The notes beneath the pieces are model-generated. The model was not told the origin of the DNA. It worked only from the letters and a program-made list of their open reading frames with translations, and made no database searches. A stretch of DNA of 61,525 bases, the filler included, from Sphacelaria rigidula (taxonomy: Eukaryota), in NCBI GenBank assembly GCA_964200075.2. It is 9 parts of 9 records of this genome, joined end to end, with 100 filler letters (N's around TTAATTAATTAA, not from the genome) between each part and the next. Parts side by side here need not be neighbours in the genome. Positions count along the whole stretch, not along the records: positions 34,240 to 40,986 come from CAXNAA020018278.1; positions 41,087 to 47,833 come from CAXNAA020018279.1; positions 47,934 to 54,679 come from CAXNAA020018280.1; 6 more parts are not named here. The stretch is one strand, 5' to 3'. The translations under genes and the position numbers were made by a program. Each line of letters starts with the position of its first letter. The first letter of the stretch is position 1. Shown here in pieces: positions 38,484-51,400 of the stretch.

Positions 38484-38630
38484 CAGAACATGAAATGAAA
38501 AATAGTGCAGCTCTACAGAGCAAGACGACGGCGGCGCAAATGATAAGACAATCAAAATGAAATACAGCATTCACAGAACATGGAATGAAAAATAGTGCAG
38601 CTCGAAAGAGCAAGACGACGGCGGCGCAAA
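38484..38630. repeat. ~90-bp-period duplication
   Basis: CAGAACATG.AATGAAAAATAGTGCAGCTC...AGAGCAAGACGACGGCGGCGCAAA occurs twice. Confidence 0.85.
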
Positions 38631-39119
38631 ATTATTAAGCATTCAAAATACAATCGAGGGGCTCAAAAGACAGTTATGGTAGACACGACACCCGGAGATG
38701 CAGACAATATGAGTATGTAAGATGAAAGTAAAGCAAACAAGATCGAAATGAAATGTAAGCTTTACTGCATGTGCATTCCACAAATCCCCATGGCCACAAT
38801 AAAAATGCAACCCCGGAAACAAAGTACATACTGATCATGGTGGGTTGATTGTCCCCACTCAATATGCAACAAAAATACCGAAATGACATGGAAAATGCCT
38901 GGAACACGATCATTGCTGGTTAGGCATAGCGGTGATGGTATGGGTAAACAGGTGTAGGTCAGGCGAAGTGATGCAATGCAGGCGACAATGACAAAAACTG
39001 TGCGTTCCAGTCAGAGCAAGGTACAAAATGATGGGAACATGAGAGCATGAAATGCGTGTGCATATGACAACATGCGATGCGATAGGAAGCCAGAAAAGTA
39101 CAGCCGACAGTAGGCGGTA

Positions 39120-39183
39120 GAGGCAAAAACAACACAACAAGCAGGACAACAACAGCAAACCAGGGTAGCAGAAAGCACGGTGG

Positions 39184-39224
<41 letters not shown>

Positions 39225-39590
39225 CAGCAACAGCAGCAACAACAGACAATCACCACCACAACGACGACAACAACAGCAACAGAAATAATAGACAACAGAC
39301 AACAGACAACAGATAGCAGATAACAGACAACAGACAACAGACAACAGACAACAAGCAACAAGCAACAAGCCAAAAACAACAACCAACAACAACAGCAGTA
39401 ACAACCAAAAACACACAGCAGCAACAGCCAACAACACACAGCAGCGGCGCGGCAGCGACGAAAAACAGCACAGAAGAACGGCACAGCCGTGCGGCGAGCA
39501 GCAGCAACACACAGCGGCGGCACGGCAGCGACGAACAGCAGCACAGAACAACAGCAAAAACCACAACAACAGACAACAACATCGCGGCTG
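39120..39590. repeat. Compound microsatellite: (CAG)n, (CAACAGA)n, (CAA)n
   Basis: Visible directly in the sequence. Confidence 0.95.
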
Positions 39591-40525
39591 CACAGCTTCC
39601 GCAGCTGTCTGGAGCCTGATGTCCCGAAACGCCCGGAAGTAATTGTAGACCCTCTGGTTCGTTGAACTCGTACAATTCTCGTTCTCGGCCGTATTGCCTT
39701 TCATCAAATTATATCGGCTAGGTCATTTCGCTTTTGCTTTGGACGTCAGCAGTGTCTGTTGGGCTCGTTCAAGGTGAGAGATTGAAGCGCGTGCTGATGA
39801 ACCATCTCGGATGAGCTCGTGCATAAAGCCGTTGGTGGCGCTCTGCGTGGGTTGCATGTAACGAAGTGCAATGCGGCGGGTACGGAGCACAGGGCACCCA
39901 CGGGGCAAAACAAACTACATAGCCCATGCTCAACTATTTATGCTCAACGTGTGTATGGTAGGTAGACAAAACAAAAGAGTGCGAAGAGCCGAAGCAGCAT
40001 ACCATCATAGTACGCTGTACATTCTCTCATAATACACTGTACATGACACTTTCTACGATAGCCCCCCCCCAAAACCAGCTCAAAGTGTCACGAACGAAAA
40101 TGGCCATACAGCGCCTCATGTTTGGGTTCAGGTTGCATGAAGNNNNNNNNNNAACGAACCCAAGCGTTGGAATTCCCAGCTTCTCGTTGTGCTCGGCTTT
40201 TACCATTTCGATTTACGTGAAGATTTTGCCTTCTAGAACCATGCACTTTGGGGGGGGGGGCTGTCGTAGAAAGTGTCACATGCTCTCCAAACATCCCAGT
40301 GACACAAAGTCGTGAACTTCAAAAGCACTGTCTCCTCCATGCTAAATGATGTTGTAGGTAAGATACGCTGTGGACACTACAATTTGTGAACCGGCACACT
40401 ATTTACTCTATATAAAAGAAGCCACATATACCTGATCCGACCCACACGCCAGCAAAACCTCCCCTCCGAAAGTTTGTGATCGGAGTATGCCAGTGTTGAC
40501 TCTACACAAGCACGGTTGGTCACCA

Positions 40526-40890
40526 TGTCATGGTTCGATACTTACCACCTAGGTAGGAAGATGCCAGTTCAGTGGGCACCGGGGGCTAGCAGGCCCAAAC
40601 ACAATCATTAGTATCGAAGCCATTGAGCTCGACGTTACCAGGGTAGAGTCAGTCATGTTCGCAGCGCCGCGCCGCATAGTCGATGAGCCGCTCAGACGCC
40701 AGAGCAACATATGTTGCATAGAGGACAGGCTTCCATTTAGTGAAGACCAATGAATCCTCTGAGATCGCAGTCCGTGATGGCGTAGATGCTCTTGTATTAT
40801 TGGCGTACAGGCTAACTTGTGCTTTGCTAGTTGAGATACATAGTCCAAAACGCTGTGACAGATGGGGGCAGCGGGCTCGATCCAATCACA
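40526..40890 (-). repeat. LTR (365 bp) followed on the minus strand by PBS-like TGGTGACC
   Basis: Minus strand TGTGATTGG...CATGACA, then TGGTGACCAACCG immediately inside. Confidence 0.85.
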
Positions 40891-40917
40891 ATGTAGTATG
40901 ACCCATCAGGTACCAAT

Positions 40918-40986
40918 AACAACAAATTGTGAGAATTGAGGTTTAACTTCGAGATGAGGCTCAAGCCTAAAACAGTGCTTTCCCCA
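40918..40986 (+). repeat. High-copy repeat terminus at a contig end
   Basis: Reverse complement of 13699-13767. Confidence 0.9.
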
Positions 40987-41086
40987 NNNNNNNNNNNNNN
41001 NNNNNNNNNNNNNNNNNNNNNNNNNNNNNNTTAATTAATTAANNNNNNNNNNNNNNNNNNNNNNNNNNNNNNNNNNNNNNNNNNNN
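40987..41086. other. Artificial contig linker
   Basis: 44 N + TTAATTAATTAA + 44 N. Confidence 0.99.
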
Positions 41087-41344
41087 TCTCCTTTTGGACA
41101 GGACGCGCCTCTGTGCGCTGAAAAATATGTCGTTGAAAAATAGGGCAATGTTCCCGTCACCGCTACTACTGTTCTCTGTCACACACTGCCAGCAAGGACG
41201 GTGCGTTGCGGCAAATATAACATATCCAATTTGAACTCGGGGGGTGTTATTCATCGTTGATTTTACCCGACATGACATATGTGACCATCGAGGTGCCCGA
41301 CCATAAGAGCCTGCCACAGGCCAGTTGGGGGGGGGGAGGGGGGT

Positions 41345-41925
41345 GTATATGAGACATGAAACACTTGTGGAGGCCTTCTTGACATGCGGAGTGGAAAAGG
41401 ATACCTATGGTAGTCTAATCTAACCGTTGCGAGCGTGGTGTAGAGGGGTGCGTCCGTGTTGCAATCTGGAGCACACGCTGGCTGCGTGAACAGCTCGGTA
41501 GGGTAGCTCTCAAGATATAACTCCGATGTGACGAGGTCACGCGTTACCACCTGAGGCGACATATGAACGCACGAAGAGCAAGGGTGCTCTATGATCAACT
41601 ACTTGTCGTTGCATTTGGCACCCACGCCATCAACCGCCAACCTCAAAGGTCTTGTGGCTTTTATGCAACGCTGGCGGCAGTACGGCAGGCAAACCCGATC
41701 ATAGCTAGCTCTCGTCGCTGTACTGGACTGACTGGCGTCTGCATAGAGGTCGCCCGGCGTATTTCGCAATCTCTGTCAAAACAAAACAGTTCGCTTTTTT
41801 CAACTACACCAACCATGATTAGAATGACTCCAGCGGTCTGAGGGAAAGTGGCCGCTTTGGGTCCGTCCACACGTACGTTCGAAGATACTGTAAAACATTC
41901 ATCCATGTGTCATGGTCCAATCACA
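41345..41925 (-). repeat. Possible 3' LTR of the copia element
   Basis: Minus strand has purine-rich GAGGGAAATGGA, then TGTGATTGG...ATATACA. The second LTR is not in this contig, so it cannot be verified. Confidence 0.3.
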
Positions 41926-42469
41926 AAATCCATTTCCCTCGCAGGCCTGCTCACATATTTCAATCACTGAGTGTGAGTATATTCGATTAGCCCTGCTACT
42001 CACGCCTCAACTCTACTTCAATTCTCAAGTCTCGTCCTCTCATATTCCATTAGCCCTCCTACTCACGGCTCAATTCTACTCAATTCTCAAACCCTACTAG
42101 ACAATATTCAATGCTATATTATCAAGCACACAAAAAATCGTCCCACCCTTGTACAGACATTTGGTTATGCCATCTACTTAGCAAACTGAAAATCCTTCCT
42201 TTAGTCCTTTTCCTCAATACGTCATGACATACTCATGCTTTTCATCCATCCCTTCACGCCTTTCAGTACTGAAAAAGAATTCGAATTCAAAAACTCAAAC
42301 CATCGCAAAACCAAAACGTCAAAAAAATCCTAGAGATATATTCAACAAAAGATGAGAATTCATCAACCTAACGCAGAGTCGAAAACCAGATCAGTTTCCG
42401 ATATTTGCTATGGCAATTTTTGTGGCACCCGAAGTCTATTACCAAAAAAGCTTGAAAAAATATTTTGTC

Positions 42470-42750
42470 TATAACAAAAAATCAAATCCGGTCGTACCCG
42501 TCGAAGACCGAAATCCAACACCGAAATCATCGAAAAATATTTTATTTGCTGCAACAAAAAAAACAAATCTGGTCGTACCCGTCGAAGAACGAAATCCAAC
42601 ACCAAAAGCCATTGAAAAATGTTTTATTTGCTGCAACAAAAAATCAGATCCGGTCGAAGCCGTCGAAGACCGAAATCTAACACCAGAAACCATTGACAAC
42701 TGTTTGGTTTGCAATAAAAAACCAAATCCGGTCGTACCCACCGAAGATAA
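42470..42750. repeat. Four ~80-bp tandem units downstream of copia pol
   Basis: GGTCG.A.CC..CGAAGA anchors at 42490, 42571, 42652 and 42730. Confidence 0.9.
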
Positions 42751-42881
42751 AATAATTAATTGCAAAATTGAAAATATTACAAATATGGCCTCGTACTCCT
42801 ACTTTCCCGGGATGGATAAATGACCCCGAAAACAAATCAAACCAGCTCAGACCAACCCAATATACCAGTGTCTTGCAGACT

Positions 42882-43355
42882 CTACATGATTTTCATGACA
42901 ATATTACGGTGAAACTCGAAAGACTCTGTCGGCAAGACTTTAGTGAGAAAATCGGCATGTTGATACTCCGATCTCCTGTGAACAACCGAAACCTCTTTCC
43001 TCCTAACCAATTCCCTGATAAAATGATGCCGTACGTCGATGTGCTTGGAGTTGGAGTTTGTGGTTGGGTTCTTCGCCAACTGAGTAGCTCCCTGATTATC
43101 TTCAAACACTGGGATGCATGGCATTCCCATCTGCGCCGACATGAAACGCCGAACCTGTCTCAAAAACAAAACCTCCTTCAGAATATTTGTCATCGCAACG
43201 TACTCTGCTTCCGTTGTGGACAGCCTCACACACTTTTGAGTCCTTGAAAACCAAGACACACATCCACCTCTACACATGACTAGCCCTCCTGATACCGACC
43301 GCCTATCAGCTGCCTTACTTGCGTAGTCGGCATCTGCAAAAACATGAAAGCTCAA
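42882..43355 (-). pseudogene. pol: Copia RNase H
   Basis: FADADYA, STTEAEY, FEDNQGA, KHIDVRHHF, ADFLTK. Confidence 0.95.
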
Positions 43356-43565
43356 CCCCTGTATACTTCCTCTACGAAAACAAATCCCCAGCTAACTTGT
43401 TCGCCTAACATACCCCAAAATACCAAGCGCAGCACGCCAATGAAGGTGTTTTGGTGAGGCACAATACCTCGCTACTGCACGTACTGCGTTAGATATGTCT
43501 GGCCTCGTTTGAGTTGCCAGCCACATCAGCGACCCTATCAACTCCCGAAACGGAAATTGCGTTGC

Positions 43566-44405
43566 CTACTCTTCTACACTGAACTCTTCAAGCTTCGCAC
43601 CAACAGCGATGGGGATACTCTTTCCCCACTCCACACCGTATTCCTTCACCAACTCGTCTGCGTATGTTTGTTGTGAAATTTTCAGAGTCCCCCTTGCAGT
43701 GTCTCTCTCATAGTACAGTCCAGAATACCAACGCAAATCCCCGAGATTTTCGACTGGACCCATCGTGTTGAGATCTTTACCAAACGCGTCACATTTGTCC
43801 TTCTCTCCCACTGCGAATATATCATCCACATGTACTACAATGGTGATAATCACCCTGCCATCCTCAATCAACCAAAACACACATGAATCCACCAAGCACT
43901 GATCAAATCCCAAAACAAATAAACATTCCGCCAAGTGATTATGCCATTGCCTACTTGCCTGTTTCAACCCGTACAAACTTTTGTTGAGTCTTACTATTTT
44001 ACCAGATAAGCTTCCACAACCAAGTGGCAACCACATGAAAACATCCTTGTCCAACTCAGACTGTACAAAAGCCTGGTCGATATCAAAATGACGCAGCGCA
44101 AGGTTTTGCTCACAAGCCATAGTCGCCAACAAACGTACGCTAGACACTGCTACAGTGGGGGCATACAGTTCTCCAAAATCTATGTTCTCTCTCTGCATAT
44201 CTCCTCTTGCTCCTAGTCTCGACTCCATCTTCGTGAGCCATCCAAACTCGTCCGCCTTCCAGTTATATACCCGCTTTACATGGATATAATTGTCCACGAG
44301 TTGCTCTTCCGCTGAGTCTATCGTCCCCGCCTCCAGAATTCCCCGCCATTCCCGCCCCATCGAGTCCCTCCATAAGTCACCGTACTCCGAGCACACCGCC
44401 TGCAT
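43566..44405 (-). pseudogene. pol: Copia reverse transcriptase
   Basis: RLGARG..Q, FDIDQAF, LNKSLYGLKQASRQW, VHVDD. Confidence 0.95.
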
Positions 44406-45496
44406 GTATCCGTTGGGGACCTTGAAATCCGTTGCTGGACAATGTGGGAGTTCCGGTGGGATGTGCGGCGGGCACTGCTTACGTAAAGCGGTATCTATAT
44501 CTTCACGCGTCGCCAGACTCGTCGCGAGTCACATCGGTATCCCCCCGCGCCCCCCTTTCTCACCATCGTTGCCCTGTCGCCCGGCATCAATCACGCCGCG
44601 CGTGAGGAGAGCAGACAGCAAAGAACACTTATCCAACTGCTGCATGAGTCCCCAGCTGTGGTGCAAGAGTGCAGCCTTGTCTGTTTTGTATTGCGTCGAC
44701 CCTGACCGCGTCCACCCTGGCTGCCGGGGGTCTGTTTCCAGATCCAGCTCCTTCCTCACGTTGATTGGAAGCGGCGAGAAAGAATGGTCCATCACTTCAG
44801 AGGCGGATGATGCATCGCGCGACGCAGTCGAAGAAGATGCTGACGGTATCGGGGACGGTATCGGGGCCGAAGAGCCGGAGAAGATCGGCGGGGATGTCGA
44901 CGGCGATCGATGCATCTACGGAGTGGACGGGTGCGTCGGCGGCGGTAGTGCCGGCGGAGTCGGCGGAGTCGGCGGGCGCGGCGGCGGCGGCGGCTCGAAC
45001 TCCACTGTGTGATATGTCGGTGGGAGCAGTGGTGTGGCGACGGCGGCGGCGGTGCTGCCATGAACCTCCTCCCCCCCGACGAGTGGCGTTTGGACCTCCC
45101 CCCCCCGGCGAGCGGCGGCCGGTGATGTTGCTCTGCTGGCGGCGCGGCGGCGGCGGCGACGGTACTGGAATGGGCCTCCTCCCCACCGACGATCGGCGTA
45201 GCCGACGATTGCAGTGGCACACGTGGTACCGTCCAGACAACGTTGTTCGTGTAGCAGACGGCACCGGTAGCTGCCTTCAGGGCCTTCACCGTCGATGAAG
45301 AATGGTTACTGCCATTATTGAGGTAATGGGAGGCCACGGACTGAGCACCCATCTTCCCTCGGCGGTTGACCCGCATCATGCCGGGTTGCAGAAACGGCAC
45401 AATCTGTAGCGGCGGGCGCTTGCCGGTGAACACTTCATTCGGCGACAGTCTTCCCGGGTTCGCCGTAGTAGCGGAACGATTGAACTCGTCCGCTGC

Positions 45497-46006
45497 TCAC
45501 ACCGCGGCCTCCAGCCGTAGACGCTCCATGTTCTCCCCCAGGTGAGGTATGTCGTCGAAGCAGCACTCCGGGAACAGACGTCGCGCTTCAAGATGGGCGG
45601 CGTGGCCCCCCTTCATGACCCTCCAAATGGCCTTTTCCACCACAGCGTTCTGCTTCGGAGTGTCTGGGGCAGTGTACTCACGACGAGTCGTTGCATCGTC
45701 GCAGAAGCCGCCGAAATCGTGGGAGGTGAACTCGCCCCCGTTGTCCGTACGAAAACAACCGGGGGTACCGATGGCGCTGACGTCGGCGATGAAACGTTTC
45801 ACCTTCGCCAGCGTGTCAGACTTACGTGCGAGGCCATAAAACGTCATGAAGCGCGACTTACTGTCGACGCAGCCCAGCATATGGGTTGATGCGCCCGAAG
45901 TACGAGGGTGTGGACCAGTGAGGTCGAGATGCAACCTACCTAGTACAGTCGTCGCCCTCGTTCCCAGGCTTCTCGGAATACCTGCTCTCTGCCCCTTCGC
46001 TTCCAA
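45497..46006 (-). pseudogene. pol: Copia integrase core
   Basis: HLDLTGP, RTDNGGEF, PDTPKQNAVVEK (D,D35E). Confidence 0.95.
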
Positions 46007-46365
46007 ACACCCAGCACATGGCGCCAGTACCCCGTCAATAAAATGCCCTGTTGTTTTGCAGTTTCTCTGAGGAACGTCTCATGAAGATGGGGGAGGGAAA
46101 CATGGAAAAAATTAATGTCGACTTCTTTCTTTGGTGTTTCCCAACTGAAAATGGGTGAGGGCTGGGGGCAAGAATAGCAAGGGCCATCCCGTTTTTAGCC
46201 ACAACTCCCATTCCTTCACTCAGGAAACGCGGAAAAAAATCTTGGGGGGGGGGTCGTGTCGAAGCCAGCCATCAGGACTTGGTCCTTGAAAACACTCAAG
46301 TCTGGACAGTGAAGCCCTTGTACTGCACGGAGAGAACCAACACCATTCGTGGGAGCAGATACAAA

Positions 46366-46678
46366 GCTTGCCGGTGAAGCGGACTGGAAACCAACACTTG
46401 AAGTTACCACGTTCGCCGGAGGAACGGACTGGACACGAACGCTTGGGGGAGAGGCATTTACAAGGCTTGCCGGTGAAGCGGACTGGAAACCAACACTTGA
46501 AGTCACCACGTTCACCGGAGGAACGGACTGGACACGAACGCTTGGGGGAAGGGCAGTTACAACGCTTGCAGCTGGTAAAGCGGACTGTACACCAACACTT
46601 GAAGTTACCAAGTTCACCGGAGGAACGGACTGGACACGAACGCTTGGAAGAGGGGCAGTTACAACGCTTGCAGCTGGT
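46366..46678 (-). repeat. Three 99-bp in-frame repeats (33 aa) between copia protease and integrase
   Basis: VVTSSVGFQSASPAS.V.A.PPSVRVQSVPP.N units in ORF 46216-46617. Confidence 0.92.
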
Positions 46679-47833
46679 CTTGCCGTGGGGGGTTCTCATA
46701 TGTTGACGGTAAACGTGTGGCCCTTTGTGACGAAGACCGCTCATGGAGATCGAAGCGAAACCTACCGTCAAACATATGTACTCCTGTTTCAGTCAAGATT
46801 ACATCATGCTTCTTCTGCACTTTGTGCAGAAAAAAAAGGTTGAAGTGTATTCCTTCAAGTACGTAAACGTCAGTCAGTTACACGCAAAGTTCTGAGGACG
46901 CACCGATAGATGTCGGGGCGGTGGAATTTCCCATGTGGAGTTTGAGCTTCAAACTCCCCACTGCTCTGACGGGGAGATTTGTTCCGTTCCCCACAATCAC
47001 GTGCTCATTTCCTCTGGGGGGGGGGGGGGGGCGTAAATCAAACATACCAACCATTGATCCAGTGGTATGGTGTGAAGCACCATTATCACTTATCCACTCC
47101 CCTGTACCATCATCCACATCAAACCCCGACCCACTCTGGTTAAGCAAAGCAACCCCAAAAGTAAAATCACTCAACTCAAAACGTGACTCACCACGGGACA
47201 CAGAGTGTGCCATGCACAGGTGAAGCGGCGCAGAGGATGCAGCTGAACCGGAGGAAGACAGGTTGGAATCAGGTTGGGCACGATGAGATTGTTGTTGCTG
47301 CTGCAGTTGATGAGGGTGTTGCAGCTGAAGTTCACCTTGCTGCGGTGATGACTGGATCTGGTTGTTGGTGGCAGCTGCGGGGGGTTGCGGGGGGTTGCGG
47401 GGAAAGTGGATACAGTGCGCATAACCTGCACCGCTGAAGTCGCTGCTGTCTTCCAACACCCACCCGTCTTCATCCGTTCCATTCCACTGTTGTTCGTCGT
47501 GGCTACTCTCTTCGTTCCCCCCTTGGTAACCATAAAGTTTCACGGTGTTGACCGATCCGTAGGAATGAGTCCAAGGAGAGGGCTGCTGTCCACCGTGACG
47601 AGGTTGATTCTGGGTGGCATGGGCATGACGTCCCCCCGAATCGACTTGCGGCGTCACTACTCTACGCCATGGGCAAAAATTATGCATGTGGCCAGTTCGT
47701 CGCATGTGATGCATCGTTTACGGGGGTCGGCGTGGTGAATTGGGGATTCGTTGCCTACAGGGCGGTATAGACCATCAGGATAAGCTGAATAATCATATCC
47801 ACCTCGCGGCGGGTCATAATACGGAAGTTGGCT

Positions 47834-47933
47834 NNNNNNNNNNNNNNNNNNNNNNNNNNNNNNNNNNNNNNNNNNNNTTAATTAATTAANNNNNNNNNNN
47901 NNNNNNNNNNNNNNNNNNNNNNNNNNNNNNNNN
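47834..47933. other. Artificial contig linker
   Basis: 44 N + TTAATTAATTAA + 44 N. Confidence 0.99.
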
Positions 47934-48499
47934 CATGTTCGGGGAGCGCATGTGCATGGTGGCCGTCTTCTTTTCCGCCACGACGAGGCCGAATGCCGCA
48001 CAGACCTCTAATCATATTCAATCGAACCCCTTTCCTTCGGAGGAGAGGAAGTCATGTAGTGCAGTTTCTAACGCCTCCGGAGTCGAAATATCTTCTGGTA
48101 CGGTAGATACTGCCTCTTGGACCGTTCATCGGAGAACACCAAATTCAAAGCCATACACTCAAGCACCCCCCAACTGCTCGAGTGCCCAGCTAACCATCCT
48201 ACCGAGTTCAGCAAAAACTACGACACCCGGTTCTCTTTTATTTGATGAGCGTAATTATTCCTTGAAGGGCTGCAACCACAAATAACCGATGCTTTCCGTC
48301 GCTCAGCGGGTTGGAATGGAACCCCAAGTAACAGCGACTCAGGTGGTGCGCCAAGAGCGTGATCTAGGTTCGACTGTCCGAGAACTCATTTCAATAGCTC
48401 CTGGAGCCGCCGACCATTTCGTGCGCTATACGCGTCACCCTAGGCGGGCTCCTCCAGGTGATCATGTAGATAACCCTGATGTAGCAAGCGCACGTGAAC

Positions 48500-51400
48500 T
48501 CCAAGGAAGAGATTGCGTGTGGGCTTAGGTAGATGAAAAGCTTAGAATGGAACAGGCCGGTACTCCCCGGATTTCGAACAGATCGTTACTGCTCCCTGAC
48601 CACCCCTCGTGCACTGCGTCAGAACCCATTGCCGATGAAGCGTTGCCGTCTCTAGGGACAGAGACTTCGCCGACTCATGGGCGTTCGCATCCTAGTCATG
48701 AAGGCACCTCAATCGTGTGTTCATCACCAGGCAGACAAAGTGTTACGCAAGACTACTCGTCTCCTAACTCGCCCACGTTGGCTCCTTTAGTAGACGCCGG
48801 GTTGAACAGCAAAGCTTTACCAGCCCCGCGTCCTGACGAATCGTCCACAAAACCTCCCATGTTGGCCCAAACTAGTGATGGTATTGGGTTGATTGGCGTA
48901 TCAAACTGAACACCGCGCCCCGATGAATCGTCCCCTGTTCTGACCAAGCTGGATAATGCAATTGAACCCGCTTGGCATAATGACGGTTCGCCCCCTCTGT
49001 TGACCAATAAGGATGAAACACTACGCACAGATCAGTTGTCGGGTCCAACCACGACAACTGCCCATCCCCGGCATCGCCCCTCCGTTGCAGTATACGAGAA
49101 TCGACCCTGGACTGATGAGAAAAATATTCCAGGCACAAACACTGACATTCCATGCACGCACCATCCTCCCGACCAAAAAAGCTTGTCCCACAGGATCATC
49201 AATGAGTGTATTTTAGCACCTTCGTTCAAAACGCAAAGCAGGATGTGTCAGATGTCTTACCCGAATTCGGGCCCGATCTATCAGTGGTGCTGCAACTATC
49301 GATGATGCTTCTTTTACGACCAAGATGGTTTACATAGTGGATCGCGTGCAAACTGCCATTTGATAGCTCTTGCACTACCAGACTCTGGTTCACCTCAAAC
49401 GTTCATTACAGCCAGCTGCTGGCAACAGATGATCAACGCGGGCGCGGCGGACGAGCATTGTCTGTCCACCGTGCACCCTCGTGTTTTTGGTGGGTTTGGT
49501 TCCGCCACGTCTCCTACGGTTAACCAATCGGTAAGACTAAGTGCACAATTCTACCAGGATACTATTCCCACTGCTCGGTTATCCATATGAGCACTAACTG
49601 TGCCCGGCGGTTCCATATCTTTTGATGTTTTGTTGGGTCGAGATAGTTGGCTTCACTTTTCCACACACACGTATACGTCGAACACACCTGTCCCGAACAG
49701 TCCAGTCACAGGCAAACTGTCACTGGGCCACTTCGACGCTGATTCGGGAGCTCACGCCTACGAGGATGACCCCACGTAAACAGGTGATGCTTTCCGTCTG
49801 TACTATTTTGGTGAACCTGTAGTTTCACTTTCTCGTGAACCCCAACTTATCTAAGTGAACCTCGAGAGACGCAATGGATCGCCCGCCCTCACAGGACATT
49901 ATTTGGTCGAATTGCTCAAACCAGACCAAGCACAGGTTGGTCCGTTTGAACAGACCGAAGTCTTTGTCCACGAAGATAGGCAGGCCATTTACCTCACGTC
50001 CCCTGCATGTTTCGATATACTCAACGATCAGTTGTTGGGTTATGCTCAAGTGCCTCTCATACGAACAGCCCTGTCAGATGTGTGCCCCCCTGCGGACAAC
50101 AACTCGTCAACCGACACCCCGAAATCCACGGGCCCCCCTCAGCTACACATGCCTGACCCCATGGTGGTGACAAATCCACCAGATGCGCCTGAATCTAAAC
50201 CCCCAACTGCGTTACTGGATAGATTTTCCCCCGAACAACGCGCCAGTTTTCAAAAGTTGTGGGATGGCATCCCCCCTCACTTCCGGCATATTGTTTCTGA
50301 TCTATCTGACGATGGTTGGACACCCACTGTAATCGATAGATTGAGATCCATCTTGATTAGATATTCTGAACGGTTTTCTACTACACCCTTGGATTTGGGT
50401 CGATGTACCACGACACCGTTCAAGATCAATATCCCTGATGGCACTCCGCCTATCGCTATGCGTCCGTACCGTACGAACCCCCTCTTAGCGGATACGACCC
50501 AGGTAATTCTCGATGGTTACTCATCCGCCGGTTTAATTCGGCACTCGATGTCTCCGTGGGCCTCACCTTTAGTAGTCGTCCATAAGAAAAATGGCAGAAT
50601 CAGGCTGACGGTCAGTTATCAACGATTGATCGCTGTCACCAAAATCGCCCGGCTGCCACTTCCACGGATTGATGAAGTTATTGACTCTCTTGGCGGGGTA
50701 AGGTACTTTCGAACTTTGACATGCAGTGCGGCTACCACCAGCTCGTGATGGATCCAAATTCCGTTGAACTAACAGCGTTTTGCACGCCATCAGGTTTGTA
50801 CGAGTGGCTGATTACACCACAAGGTGCCGCTGGAGCTCCAGGTGCGTTTCAACGTGTAATGTTCCGCGTAATTGATGAATTGCCCAAATGCCATATGTAC
50901 CTTGATGATGCGGTGTGCCACGACTCCACACCGGCTGAACACGCCGGACAGTTGGCATTATTCTTTCATCGGTTTGAACAACACAACTCGAAACTCGTCC
51001 CCTCCAAATCCCGCATTGGCGCCACGAAGATTGAGTTCTTGGGTCATTGCATCACCCCCGAAGGCCGTAGCCCGAACCTCGACAAGGTCGCCGCAATCGC
51101 CGATATGCCCATGCCACGGGGCATTTCGCAAGTGCGTTCTTTGTTGAGAGGTCTAAGCTACTGCAGACAGTACTTGCCAAACCTTGCCCAAACGCTCAAC
51201 CCCCTCACCACCCTCCTCAAAAAAGGGGTGAAATTTGTCTGTACATCGGAAATGGAAAAAACCCTCCGCCGTCTTCTTGACACCCTTTCGTGCCCGCCGA
51301 TTCTCGTCCTCCCCGACTGATTGGTAGCGGAGCAAGGTTCCCGTCCTTTCCGTCTCCACACAGATTCTTCCAAAATTGGGTTTGGAGCAAGACGATGCTA

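Larger units (their letters stand above)
42882..47833 (-). mobile_element. Ty1/copia LTR retrotransposon internal region, decayed; 5' end cut off by the contig end
   Basis: Order is gag knuckle (CITC..GHMHNFC), protease (WISDNGASHH), GAG-pre-integrase, integrase, RT, RNase H. Confidence 0.96.

Noticed and set aside
38910..39707. Cys/Leu-rich membrane or metal-binding protein ORFs
   Set aside because: These are translations of a compound microsatellite that is open in several frames.
40143..40152. Short N run
   Set aside because: An ordinary 10-N scaffolding gap within a contig.
42470..42750. CRISPR-like array
   Set aside because: The sequence between the conserved cores is also repeated rather than unique, the context is eukaryotic TE, and no cas genes are present.
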